Below, piece by piece: positions 9,652-19,427 of a stretch of 59,466 nt of DNA. The stretch spans positions 1 through 59,466 of the forward strand of contig LVBE01000036.1 in NCBI GenBank assembly GCA_001603105.1. The letters run 5' to 3'. Numbering within the stretch: position 1 is the first letter of the stretch; the number at the start of each line of letters is the position of its first letter. The notes below the pieces were generated by a model. That model made no database searches and had not been told where the DNA came from. It worked only from the letters and a program-made list of their open reading frames with translations. The position numbers were made by a program, and so were the translations under genes. Source of the DNA: Spirochaetales bacterium Spiro_03. Its GTDB lineage: Bacteria > Spirochaetota > Spirochaetia > Sphaerochaetales > Sphaerochaetaceae.

Positions 9652-11010
9652 ATGGGAACACACTCACAGCTCATGACCACCGGTTCGATCAAGAAGAACC
9701 TCATCTCGTTCGCAATTCCCATCTTCTTTGGCAATTTGTTGCAGCAACTCTACCAGACCATTGACTCGTTGGTAGTAGGAAACTTCGTCTCCAAGGAGGC
9801 CCTTGCGGCCATCAGTTCGATCACCAGCCTGACGATGCTGCTTGTCGGTCTCTTCCAGGGTATTTTCATCGGGGCGGGCGTGGTCATCTCCCGCTCCTTC
9901 GGCGAGGGCAACAAAGAGTCGGTACAGAAGGCGGTGCACACCACCGTCGCCCTCGCCCTGATCAGCTCCTTCTTTCTGACGATCTTTGGCTATCGCTATG
10001 CCCCAGTCATCCTGTCATGGATGAAGACGCCCCCCGATGTCTTCTTTGAGGCCCAGACCTACATTCGCATCATCTTCGCTGGAATCGCCAGTTTGGTGCT
10101 CTATAACACAGCAAGCGGCATCCTGCAGGCGGTGGGCGATAGCAAAAATCCGCTGAAGTTCCTCGCCGTCTCCGCTCTGCTCAATGTCGTGCTGGACCTC
10201 ATCTTCGTGCTGAAGTTCAACATGGGGGTCGCTGGGGTCGCCTACGCGACGATCATCAGCCAGGTGGTGAGCACCATCCTCAGTTTCCGCCTGCTCTTCA
10301 CTACAAGCGACCAGATTCGAGTCGAGATCCGCAAAATCGCCATCCACCGCCGCTTTGCCGCCGAGACGCTACGGCTGGGCATCCCTTCAGGCATCCAGAA
10401 CTCAGTCACCTCCTTTGCCAATGTCATCCTGCAGTACTCCATCAACCTCTTCGGCGCCTCAGCCATCGCCGGCAACGGTGCCTTCATGCGCATCCAGGGC
10501 TTTGCCTTCATCCCCATCACCGCCTTCGCCCTCGCCCTGACCACCTTCACCGGCCAGAACCTCGGAGCCCGTGAGTATGAGCGGGTGAGGCAGGCAGCCC
10601 GCTTTGGCATCTTCTTCGCCATGCTCATCGCAGAGGCCATCGGCCTGTTGATGTACTTTGGCGCTGCCCCGCTGATCACCCTCTTCAGCCGAGATGCCGA
10701 GGTAATCTTCTACGGGGTTCAGAAGGCAAAGATCAGCTCGCTCTTGCTCTTCCCCCTCGCCCTCAGCCACGCCATGGCGGGTCTGTACCGAGGAGCGGGG
10801 AAGTCAGTGGTCCCGATGCTGGTCATGCTTGCCGTCTGGTGTGTCTTTCGCATCATCTTCATCCAGGTGGGGCTGGCCATCTACTACGATATCCGTGTCG
10901 TCTTCTGGGCCTACCCGGTGACATGGTCGATCAGCAGTATCATCTTCACCATCTACTACTTTGCCGTCGATTGGATGGGTCAGCACTCCAATGAACGCGC
11001 CGCTGCCTGA
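9652..11010 (+). CDS. MATE family efflux transporter
   Basis: FAIPIFFGNLLQQLYQTIDSLVVG, GDSKNPL, FTGQNLGA. Start trimmed to ATG 9652. Confidence 0.93.
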   Translation: MGTHSQLMTTGSIKKNLISFAIPIFFGNLLQQLYQTIDSLVVGNFVSKEALAAISSITSLTMLLVGLFQGIFIGAGVVISRSFGEGNKESVQKAVHTTVALALISSFFLTIFGYRYAPVILSWMKTPPDVFFEAQTYIRIIFAGIASLVLYNTASGILQAVGDSKNPLKFLAVSALLNVVLDLIFVLKFNMGVAGVAYATIISQVVSTILSFRLLFTTSDQIRVEIRKIAIHRRFAAETLRLGIPSGIQNSVTSFANVILQYSINLFGASAIAGNGAFMRIQGFAFIPITAFALALTTFTGQNLGAREYERVRQAARFGIFFAMLIAEAIGLLMYFGAAPLITLFSRDAEVIFYGVQKAKISSLLLFPLALSHAMAGLYRGAGKSVVPMLVMLAVWCVFRIIFIQVGLAIYYDIRVVFWAYPVTWSISSIIFTIYYFAVDWMGQHSNERAAA

Positions 11011-12289
11011 GTATCCGGCTAAGACCCACGCCCACTATCTCATCCACCTGCTGAAGTCGACCGGCTTCATCGACTTCGATGGACCGTGCAATATCCCCAC
11101 AGCCTCACTCTTCGCCCCCGGAGCAGGGCGGATGTTCGCTGTGATGAGCGCTGTCGATGAAGAGGGCCACGAAGTACTGCTGAAGGCGTTCAGCGGCCAC
11201 CTTGCCGGCAGACGGACCATCGCCGGCTGGGTCGCCCACCCTATGGATGAACACACATATCACGCCTACCTATCACAGCACGACCCTCCGATCAAGGAGA
11301 TGAGCCGCGCCATCGACGCATGCGGCGACGAAGAGCAGAAGGAGAGCCTGGTGCACCAGCGGGCCCTGCTCTCACAGCACGCGCTTATGGAGTACAACAG
11401 CCGCTTCTGCCTCACTGCGATCGACGGTTCGGTCCATTCACTCTCCTCGATCTTCGCAAACGCGCCGATCCCAACCGGCAGCGGTGAGTGCTGCGCTCCC
11501 AAGCTCTTCAGCTGGGCGTTCTCCCACGGCCTTCGCCCGACCAGTCTCGCTGAGTTCTACTACGGATCGGATACCGAAGAGAGGCGGTGCGGTCACTTCT
11601 ATGGGCCCTGCACCGAGCGCTGCCGTCCCATCCTCACCACCCTTTTGGGTTTGGATATCCGCTACCACGACCACGACCTGATCATCGTCAACAAGCCCAG
11701 TGGCCTGCTGACGGTACCCGGCAACGGGCCAGAGCGCCTTGACAGCGTCGAGACCCGGATCAGGCGCCTCTTTCCCGCCACCCCTCGCCAGTGCGCAGCC
11801 CACCGCCTGGACATGGACACCAGCGGCTTGGTCATCGTCGCCAAGCACAAACAAGCCCTGTCAGCGATGCACCGCCTCTTTCGCGACCAAGCGGTCGACA
11901 AGGAGTATGAGGCGCTGCTTGAAGGGATCGTCCACCAACAAACGGGGACCGTTACCCTGCCCTTCAGAGCCGATCGGACAAACCGCCCCTACCAGGTCTA
12001 TGATGAACAGACAGGGGTGTGGGGGAGCACTGAGTATGAGCGCCTCGCCGTCGAGAAAGACGCCGATGGGGTGTTTACGACCCGCATGCGCTTCTTTCCT
12101 CTTACCGGGCGGACCCATCAAATCCGCTTGCATGCCTCCCATCCCAAGGGTCTTGGCCACCCGATCGTCGGCGATCGGCTCTATGGCACGCTCTCCGATC
12201 AGCGTCTGATGCTCCATGCAAAACGACTCTCATTTGTCCACCCCTTCACCGGCACAGCTCTGGCCATTGAAGCAGAAACTCCGTTCTGA
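10991..12289 (+). CDS. RluA-family pseudouridine synthase with a Cys-rich N-terminal domain
   Basis: VNKPSGLL, HRLDMDTSG, TGRTHQIR, PIVGDRLYG, LHA. About 220 extra N-terminal residues containing GECCAPKL and PCTERC. Confidence 0.9.
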   Translation: MNAPLPEYPAKTHAHYLIHLLKSTGFIDFDGPCNIPTASLFAPGAGRMFAVMSAVDEEGHEVLLKAFSGHLAGRRTIAGWVAHPMDEHTYHAYLSQHDPPIKEMSRAIDACGDEEQKESLVHQRALLSQHALMEYNSRFCLTAIDGSVHSLSSIFANAPIPTGSGECCAPKLFSWAFSHGLRPTSLAEFYYGSDTEERRCGHFYGPCTERCRPILTTLLGLDIRYHDHDLIIVNKPSGLLTVPGNGPERLDSVETRIRRLFPATPRQCAAHRLDMDTSGLVIVAKHKQALSAMHRLFRDQAVDKEYEALLEGIVHQQTGTVTLPFRADRTNRPYQVYDEQTGVWGSTEYERLAVEKDADGVFTTRMRFFPLTGRTHQIRLHASHPKGLGHPIVGDRLYGTLSDQRLMLHAKRLSFVHPFTGTALAIEAETPF

Positions 12290-12326
12290 CCTTTCAGAAG
12301 ATTGAACGGTGGGGTATCATGGGGGT

Positions 12327-13109
12327 ATGAAACGAAAGAACAACGCAATTTACATCGACTTGGAGAACATCCCCACCGCCTTGGACCTGAAGCTGCTCAT
12401 CGATGAGCTGACGCTAAAGCACAACGAGAGCGCCGATGAGGAGAACATCTTCGTCATCAAGATGGCGTGCGGCAACAGCAAGGCGATCAAGCGACTGGAA
12501 AAACAACTGGTGGAGTATAACTTCACCATCCGTGACACCCCATCCATCACAGCGACCCATAAGAACCGCGCCGACCTGATCATCAGCCTCGAGGCACTGG
12601 AGACGATCATCATCAATACACCGGTCATCGACCGCTATGTCTTCATCACCAGCGACAGTGACTTCACCGTCATCATGGAGATGCTGCGCAAGTACGGCAA
12701 AGAGGTCTTTTTGGTCACCAAGGAGATGGTTGCCGACAAGCCGATCTTCAACAACTGTGTCGACGAGATCCTCATCATCGAGAACTTCATGCCCAAGGCC
12801 AAAGTCGAGGAGACCAAGGAGAGCGGAGCTTCCAAGGCAAAGAAGGTGGTGGAGAAGCGGGACACCAAGCGAATCGACGAGCAGGTGGAGGGCCTGATGC
12901 GCAAGGTCATCGACTCCTTTGAGTTCGATAGCTGGCAGCTGGTCAGTTACGTGGGCACCAAGTTCCACCAAATGGATAAGAGTCGGATGATCGAACGCTC
13001 AAGCTACAAGAGTCTGTCCAACCTCCTCTCCAAGCTTGAGGGTGAGAAGCTCATCAAGAGACGCACCAACGAAAAGGGTCAGCCGGAGATCCAGCGACTG
13101 GTCCAATAG
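12327..13109 (+). CDS. NYN-domain (PIN-like) protein with probable C-terminal OST-HTH/LOTUS-like domain
   Basis: IYIDLEN, KNRAD, TSDSDF, GKEV, VDE motifs, then a K/E-rich linker and a helical C-terminal domain (YKSLSNLL). Confidence 0.82.
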   Translation: MKRKNNAIYIDLENIPTALDLKLLIDELTLKHNESADEENIFVIKMACGNSKAIKRLEKQLVEYNFTIRDTPSITATHKNRADLIISLEALETIIINTPVIDRYVFITSDSDFTVIMEMLRKYGKEVFLVTKEMVADKPIFNNCVDEILIIENFMPKAKVEETKESGASKAKKVVEKRDTKRIDEQVEGLMRKVIDSFEFDSWQLVSYVGTKFHQMDKSRMIERSSYKSLSNLLSKLEGEKLIKRRTNEKGQPEIQRLVQ

Positions 13110-13120
13110 GAGATCATTGT

Positions 13121-14779
13121 GTGGGCAGGCGGATAGTTGGGCACTTGCTCAGTGCATGTGCCATCGTCACCTTGCTTTTCGCCCTCTACCTCGACTCCTT
13201 TCTTGTAATCGAGCCGCTGGCAACTGACGAACTGACAGTGTGGAGCGACGGATGGACCGTCAGCGAAGGGGATGTGATCCTCGACGAGAATGTGACGCTC
13301 CCATACGTCTTTGAGGGGCCGTTTGCCGGTCGCCTCCTTACCGTCTATCGCCGTATCCCCTCGCTTCCCAACCGCCACACGGCCCTGCTCATCCACACCA
13401 GCATGGCAGCGCTTGAGGTAGCGATCGATCAAGAGCCGATCTACACCTACGCCGGCCCGGCCAATGGGTGGAAGCGCCCGGTCTTCGGTGGGGCCACCCC
13501 CCACTTTGTTCGCATCAGCGACGAGATGGTGGGCAAGACTCTCTTATTGACCTACGCCTTTACTAGCAACAATGTCTTCAGTGGCCACATCCAGGCGGTT
13601 AAGGTGGGCAGCAAAGCCTCGCTGATCCTCGATCAATTCTCCGATTGGCCTTCGCTGGTCTTCGGCTTCTCCCTGCTGTTGGTCGGATCGATCATCGCCC
13701 TCTCCTCGCTCTTCATCCAAACCAAAGCAGAGGGACGAAGTTTTTTCTACCTCGGGGCGATCCTCATCGCCCTTGGCTCCTGGGTCTTCAGCCAAACACC
13801 TAGCAAATTCCTGTTGATCCGTAACCCTGCGCTACCGATGAACCTGAGCTTCATCGCCCTCCACCTCCTGCCTACCCTGCTGGTCAGCTACATCACCCAC
13901 TCCTACCCGGTCAAGGAGCGTATGACACCCTTCAAGATCGTCTCCCACCTCTTTGTGGTGGCCTACATCGCACTCTTCTTTTTGCAGCTGGCAGGCGTTC
14001 TCCAATACACCGACTCGCTCATCTACAGTGGCGCGGCCCTTGCCCTCTTCCTCCTCGCTCTCTTCTCTGTGCTGCTGTGGCTCAACATCACCGAGAACCG
14101 GCAGCTACTCTCCTTTTTGCTCGCACTAGGCTGCATCCTCTTCTCGATCCTCGCCGAAGTAGTGCTGCTGGCCCTCAACATCCAACTTTCGAGTGCAGTG
14201 CTCCTGCACAGCGCGATGGTATTCAGCGCCATCATCCTCTTCTCACACTCGCTGATGCTGCTCAAGGATCGGATCAAATATAATCTCAAGGAGGAGGTCC
14301 TCTTCACCCTCGCCTATACCGATGCCCTGACCTCCCTCGCCAACCGGGCGGCCTTTGAGCGGGATGTGGATGCCATCGTCGAGGCCGCCCATGGGCCGGC
14401 GGTCGGGATCATCATGATGGACATCAATGACCTGAAGTCGATCAACGACAGTGAAGGACATGCCAAAGGTGATCAGGTGATCGTTGATTTCGCCCGCCGC
14501 ATCGAGGTGTTCCTGCCCCCTGGATCCAAGCTCTACCGCTACGGCGGTGATGAATTCATCGCCACAGTCAACGCAAGCGACGCTGAGTCACTGACTGACT
14601 CAATCGTACGGTTCTTTGCAAGCAACAAGGAGATCACCTACCAAATTGCAGCTGGATCATACATCTACACCGCCGGCGGCAAGCGGGGGTTTGGCGAGGT
14701 GGTAAGCCTCGCCGACAGCGCCATGTACCGCTGTAAGCGAGCCATGAAGGGGGGCGCTACCCGATCTCCACAACCTTGA
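13121..14779 (+). CDS. Membrane-bound diguanylate cyclase
   Basis: Periplasmic domain, about 7 TM helices, then DALTSLANR, DINDLKSIND, RYGGDEF, ADSAMY. Confidence 0.9.
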   Translation: MGRRIVGHLLSACAIVTLLFALYLDSFLVIEPLATDELTVWSDGWTVSEGDVILDENVTLPYVFEGPFAGRLLTVYRRIPSLPNRHTALLIHTSMAALEVAIDQEPIYTYAGPANGWKRPVFGGATPHFVRISDEMVGKTLLLTYAFTSNNVFSGHIQAVKVGSKASLILDQFSDWPSLVFGFSLLLVGSIIALSSLFIQTKAEGRSFFYLGAILIALGSWVFSQTPSKFLLIRNPALPMNLSFIALHLLPTLLVSYITHSYPVKERMTPFKIVSHLFVVAYIALFFLQLAGVLQYTDSLIYSGAALALFLLALFSVLLWLNITENRQLLSFLLALGCILFSILAEVVLLALNIQLSSAVLLHSAMVFSAIILFSHSLMLLKDRIKYNLKEEVLFTLAYTDALTSLANRAAFERDVDAIVEAAHGPAVGIIMMDINDLKSINDSEGHAKGDQVIVDFARRIEVFLPPGSKLYRYGGDEFIATVNASDAESLTDSIVRFFASNKEITYQIAAGSYIYTAGGKRGFGEVVSLADSAMYRCKRAMKGGATRSPQP

Positions 14780-16190
14780 TCATGTTGGTCTTGCCTGCAC
14801 TGCCGACCGGCACTCCTGCAGTGATGACCACTGTCTGGCCACTGTCGACCATCCCGTGATCGATCAAGTACTCAGGTCCATACTCCAAGAGCCGGTCTAC
14901 TGAGGTCTGCTCATCGATGAGAATCGGCTGCACTCCCCAAGAGAGGGCCAGATACTGCACCACCTCCTTGATCGGAGAGAAGGCGATGATCGGCACCGAG
15001 GGGCGGAACTTGGCGATCAGGCGGGCAGTGGAGCCGCTTTGGGTGAAGCAGACGATGTATGATGCGCGGATAGAGAGGGCGAGCTCGCGGGTAGCGAGTC
15101 CCACCGCCTCGGTGATCGTCTGGCTGCGCGGCATGTCGGCGGCGCTGACCTGGTTAATGACCTGCCGCCAGAAGGCAGGGCTCTTCTCAGTCAGGGTGGT
15201 GATGCGCACCATCGTCCGTACCGCATCGAGGGGGTAGCGACCGGCGGCGCTCTCACCGCTGAGCATCACGGCGCTGGTGCCATCGAGGACGGCATTGGCG
15301 ACGTCGCCTGTCTCAGCTCGCGTTGGGCGGGGGTTGTACATCATCGACTCCAACATCTGGGTTGCCGTGATGACCGGCAGTCCCACTTCGATGCAGGAGC
15401 GGATGATCGACTTCTGGATCAGGGGGACCTCCTCGGCGGGAACCTCCACACCAAGATCGCCACGGGCGATCATGATGGCGCTGCTCTCCGCCATGATCGT
15501 ATTGAGGTTATCGACCGCCTCCGGCTTCTCGATCTTGCTGATGATCGGGATGGTCCGCCCGTAGCGCTCCTGCATATGGGCTTTCAGTGCCTTTACGTCC
15601 TCACAGCTACGTACAAAGGAGAGGGCGACATAGTCAAGCTCATGGGCGAAGGCGAAGGCGAGGTCGGCCTCATCCTTTTGAGTAAATGAGCTTAAATGAG
15701 CAAGCGGTACCTGCGGCAGGTTCACTCCCTTGCGTGGGAGGATGATCCCATCCTCGACCATCGTGCAGTGGATCTCAGTGCCTTCAATGCCATCGACCCG
15801 AAGAGCTACCAACCCATCATTGATCAAGATCCGCTGCCCCTCCTTGATCTCCTGATGCAGGTACGGGTAATCGATGCTGATGCGCTCTCGACTTCCCACC
15901 ACGTTCTGTGTGGTGATCGTCACCCGGTCCCCGCCTTTGAGGGTATAGGAGGGCTCTTGCAGCTCCCCGATCCGGATCTTCGGCCCTTGCAGGTCCATGA
16001 AGATCGCAATGGGCAAGCCCAAATCGGCACTTGCCCGCCGTGCATTGGCGTAGCGCTCATATTGCTCGCTATGGGTGCCGTGGCTGAAGTTCAGTCGGAT
16101 AACCCGACACCCCGCCTCGATGATTGCTCTGATGGTTGCGTAGTCGCTGCTTGCCGGCCCGAGGGTGGCAACAATTTTGGTGTAGCTCAT
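14757..16190 (-). CDS. pyk: Pyruvate kinase
   Basis: TKIVATLGP, RLNFSHG, DLQGPKIR, MIARGDLGVE, ATQMLESM, MLSGESA. Confidence 0.97.
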   Translation of the reverse strand: MSYTKIVATLGPASSDYATIRAIIEAGCRVIRLNFSHGTHSEQYERYANARRASADLGLPIAIFMDLQGPKIRIGELQEPSYTLKGGDRVTITTQNVVGSRERISIDYPYLHQEIKEGQRILINDGLVALRVDGIEGTEIHCTMVEDGIILPRKGVNLPQVPLAHLSSFTQKDEADLAFAFAHELDYVALSFVRSCEDVKALKAHMQERYGRTIPIISKIEKPEAVDNLNTIMAESSAIMIARGDLGVEVPAEEVPLIQKSIIRSCIEVGLPVITATQMLESMMYNPRPTRAETGDVANAVLDGTSAVMLSGESAAGRYPLDAVRTMVRITTLTEKSPAFWRQVINQVSAADMPRSQTITEAVGLATRELALSIRASYIVCFTQSGSTARLIAKFRPSVPIIAFSPIKEVVQYLALSWGVQPILIDEQTSVDRLLEYGPEYLIDHGMVDSGQTVVITAGVPVGSAGKTNMIKVVEIG

Positions 16191-16312
16191 GGGCCAATCA
16201 TCAGGTATCGCCTCTCTTTTGTAAAGGGAGGAGAGACAATCACCCGAACGGGTGAGTGCGAATACCCACCATAGGCTATTGTTGGTTTCTGTAGGTTCTG
16301 TAGAGTTGTCGT

Positions 16313-18670
16313 ATGGAAACGAAACGGTTTGGTGATTACACCATCATTGTACTCTCTTTGATCCTCTGCATCGCCGGTCTGATGGGAATCCCCTATCTCC
16401 ACATCGACTCCTCCACCGACGCCTTCATCCCCCACGATGACCCGGTGGCGAAGACCAATGAAGAGATCGAGGCGGTCTTCGGTGCCCTCGATGCCATCGT
16501 CGTCAGCGTCAAGAGCCCGACGACGATGATGACGGATGAGAATCTGAGGATCCTCGCTGATCTGACGAAGCAGATCGAAGCCATCGATGGAGTCAAGCAA
16601 GCCTCCTCGATCGCCAACATGAAGCACCTTGAACCCTCAGCTAGTGGAGTCGAGGTCGTCACCATGTACGACGGGGACTTGGATGTGCTCAGAGAACGCA
16701 TCGACAGCTGGTCAAGTTTCTACCGTGGAACGCTCATCAGCGACGACGAGAAGACCGCTGCGATCCTGGTCCAGCTTACCCTCAATGCCGACGACCCGAC
16801 GCTCTTGGCCGATATCAGGGCTATCTTGGCCGGTGTCGATGGCCTGAAGACCTCGGTGCTGGGACTGCCGGTAGTAACCGAGGAGATCAGGTTGAGCTTG
16901 CTCAGCGACCTGGCGTTCCTGATCCCCATCGTTGCGACCCTGTTGATCCTCATCCTCTTTTTCTTCCTGCGTAGCGTCAAAGCGACGATCCTATCGCTGG
17001 TGCCCCTAATCTTCTCAAGCTCGCTGGCCCTCGGGATCATGGCGCTCTTCAAGATCACCTTCACCATGGCCACGATGCTGGTGCCTGTCCTCCTCCTGAT
17101 CGTCGGCAGTGCCTACACCATTCATATCTTCAGCCACTTCTTTGAGGAGTATGAGGGTGGGGATCCCGGCCCAATCCTCTCTGTGGTCGTCAAGCGCAAC
17201 ATCTACCCGATCGCCGCCGCTGCGGCAACGACGGCCAGTGGTTTTCTGGCCCAGCTTTCAAGCCCGCTTGGCCCATTCAGGACCTTTGGCGTACTCAGCT
17301 TCTTTGGGGTGGTAATCTGCGCCACCAGTTCGCTGGTCCTGCTGCCCGCCCTCATTCGCTTGATGTACACCAAGGCGCCGAAGAGGCGGGAGCAGGAGGT
17401 ACGTAGCTCCTCGATCATCGTTGGCAAGACCGTCGCGCTGGTCACCCGATGGGGCAAGCCGATCCTGGTCATCTCCTTCCTCATTCTGGTCATCTTCCTG
17501 CCGCTCTCCTACAGCAAGCTGGGCAATGGGACGAACATGCTCTCCTTCTTCCGCCCCTCCACGGCCCTGGTCAAGGATACCCGTCAATTTTCAGCTGACA
17601 TGCAAGGTTCGTTCTCGTTGTCGGTGATGGTCACGCCAACAGGAGCAAAGACGCTCGCCCCTTCGACTCTCAAAACCCTTGAGGCGGCTATCGATACCAT
17701 CAGCGAAGATCCGTACATCGGCGGGGTTCAGTCGATCATTCCCTTCATCAAGCGAATGAACCAGCTTCTAGGGCCCGGCGACGACATGGTCAGCGATGCA
17801 CCACAAGAGGAGGTGAGCTTCGACTTCTTCAGCATGGATATGGGCTTCGGTGATGTTGATGAGGCCTATGACGATCAGTGGGTCGGCGATGCAGGGGGCC
17901 AGGGGCTCTATGAGATTCCCAGCGACCCTGCACGATATGGGCTTTCCACCGAAGATGACCTTGCTGCCCTCATCGCCCAATATCTCTTGCTCTACTCCTC
18001 ATCGCTTGATGCCTTCATCAACGACCCCCTTGAGCCCGATGCCACGCTCTTCACTGTCCTGCTCAAGGAGAGTGATGACAAGCGGCTAGCCGCCCTCACT
18101 GCCATGATCCCCACCCTCTTTCCTGCTGAGTGGGAGGTCAAGATCGGCGGTGGAGAGGCAGTGAGCCTCGCGTTGACCAACTTGGTGACCAGGAGCCAGA
18201 TCATCTCCATTTTTAGTTCGTTCATCGCAGTCTGGCTTCTGGTCCTCCTCACGTTCCGCAGTCCAAAGCTCGCCACCATCTCCCTCATCCCCTGCCTCTT
18301 CGCCCTTACGGCAGTCTTCTCGGCGATGGTGCTCTTCTCCATCAAGCTCGATATCGTCACTAGCTTGCTTGCAGCGCTCTGCATCGGGGTGGGGATTGAC
18401 TATGCGATCCACTTGTTGGCTGCCTTCGGTCGGGAAGACCGGGACCTTCCCTACATCCTACACACCACCGGAAAGGCGATCTTGGCCAACGCAGCCTCGG
18501 TTGCCCTCGGCTTTGCCGGCCTCATCGTCTCCCGCTTCACCCCGATCATGAACCTAGGTCTACTCTTTTGCATCGCCATGGTCGCAGCAAGCCTCAGTGC
18601 ACTGCTCATTTTGCCTGCGCTGAAAATCCACTACCCGTCACTGGTTAAACCAAGGAGAAAAGCCATATGA
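16313..18670 (+). CDS. MMPL/RND-family transporter
   Basis: Two repeats of TM, soluble domain and 5 TM. GVGIDYAIH, TGKAILANA, GF..L..S motifs. Confidence 0.9.
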   Translation: METKRFGDYTIIVLSLILCIAGLMGIPYLHIDSSTDAFIPHDDPVAKTNEEIEAVFGALDAIVVSVKSPTTMMTDENLRILADLTKQIEAIDGVKQASSIANMKHLEPSASGVEVVTMYDGDLDVLRERIDSWSSFYRGTLISDDEKTAAILVQLTLNADDPTLLADIRAILAGVDGLKTSVLGLPVVTEEIRLSLLSDLAFLIPIVATLLILILFFFLRSVKATILSLVPLIFSSSLALGIMALFKITFTMATMLVPVLLLIVGSAYTIHIFSHFFEEYEGGDPGPILSVVVKRNIYPIAAAAATTASGFLAQLSSPLGPFRTFGVLSFFGVVICATSSLVLLPALIRLMYTKAPKRREQEVRSSSIIVGKTVALVTRWGKPILVISFLILVIFLPLSYSKLGNGTNMLSFFRPSTALVKDTRQFSADMQGSFSLSVMVTPTGAKTLAPSTLKTLEAAIDTISEDPYIGGVQSIIPFIKRMNQLLGPGDDMVSDAPQEEVSFDFFSMDMGFGDVDEAYDDQWVGDAGGQGLYEIPSDPARYGLSTEDDLAALIAQYLLLYSSSLDAFINDPLEPDATLFTVLLKESDDKRLAALTAMIPTLFPAEWEVKIGGGEAVSLALTNLVTRSQIISIFSSFIAVWLLVLLTFRSPKLATISLIPCLFALTAVFSAMVLFSIKLDIVTSLLAALCIGVGIDYAIHLLAAFGREDRDLPYILHTTGKAILANAASVALGFAGLIVSRFTPIMNLGLLFCIAMVAASLSALLILPALKIHYPSLVKPRRKAI

Positions 18671-19425
18671 AACGTACTCTCACAATCCTTTTGATCATGC
18701 TCGTTCTCACCCCAATGCTCTTTGCGGCCTCGATGAGTGCGAGCCAGATCATCACCAAAGTCACTGACACCCAAAAATCCGACAGCGCGGCCATGGACCT
18801 CAAGCTCACCCTCATCGAGGCCAATGGAACTCAGCGTGAGCGTCGGATCCAGACGCTCACCAAGAGCGTCGGCGATGATGTGATGTCAATCACCGTCTTC
18901 CTCTCCCCTGAAAGCGTACGCAACACCCGCTTCCTCACCAAGGATGTGGGCGGGCAGACCGAGCAGTACATCTACCTGCCGGCGCTCAAGCGGGTCAAGC
19001 GCATCGCAGCCGGTGAGGAAGGAGGCTCTTTCATGGGCAGTGACTTCTCCTACGCCGATATGGCATCGACGACCTACGACGCCGATGAGGCAGTCCATAC
19101 GATCGTAAGCGAAGATAGCCTTTCCTATACCATCCAGTCGATCCCCAATAACCGAAAGACCTATGGCAAGCTCGTAGTCGTCGTCGACAAGTCCAACTAC
19201 CTGCCATTGAAGGTCGAGTTCTACGACCTCGACCAGAAGACGGTGATCAAGACCTTGGTCACCGAACAACAGGATGTTGTCGACGGACGCCCCATTACCA
19301 AGATCTTGACCATGACCACCCTTGCCACCGGGCACGCCACTCGCCTTGAGATTGTCCAGGCGCGCTACGACATGCCCATCAGTGATAACTATTTCACCCT
19401 GAAATTCCTTGAAACCGGGAGGTAA
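18667..19425 (+). CDS. LolA-like 'outer membrane lipoprotein-sorting' protein
   Basis: Signal peptide. FLSPESVRNTRFL, YLPALKRVKRI, SFMGSDFSYADM. Confidence 0.88.
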   Translation: MKRTLTILLIMLVLTPMLFAASMSASQIITKVTDTQKSDSAAMDLKLTLIEANGTQRERRIQTLTKSVGDDVMSITVFLSPESVRNTRFLTKDVGGQTEQYIYLPALKRVKRIAAGEEGGSFMGSDFSYADMASTTYDADEAVHTIVSEDSLSYTIQSIPNNRKTYGKLVVVVDKSNYLPLKVEFYDLDQKTVIKTLVTEQQDVVDGRPITKILTMTTLATGHATRLEIVQARYDMPISDNYFTLKFLETGR

Positions 19426-19427
19426 TA

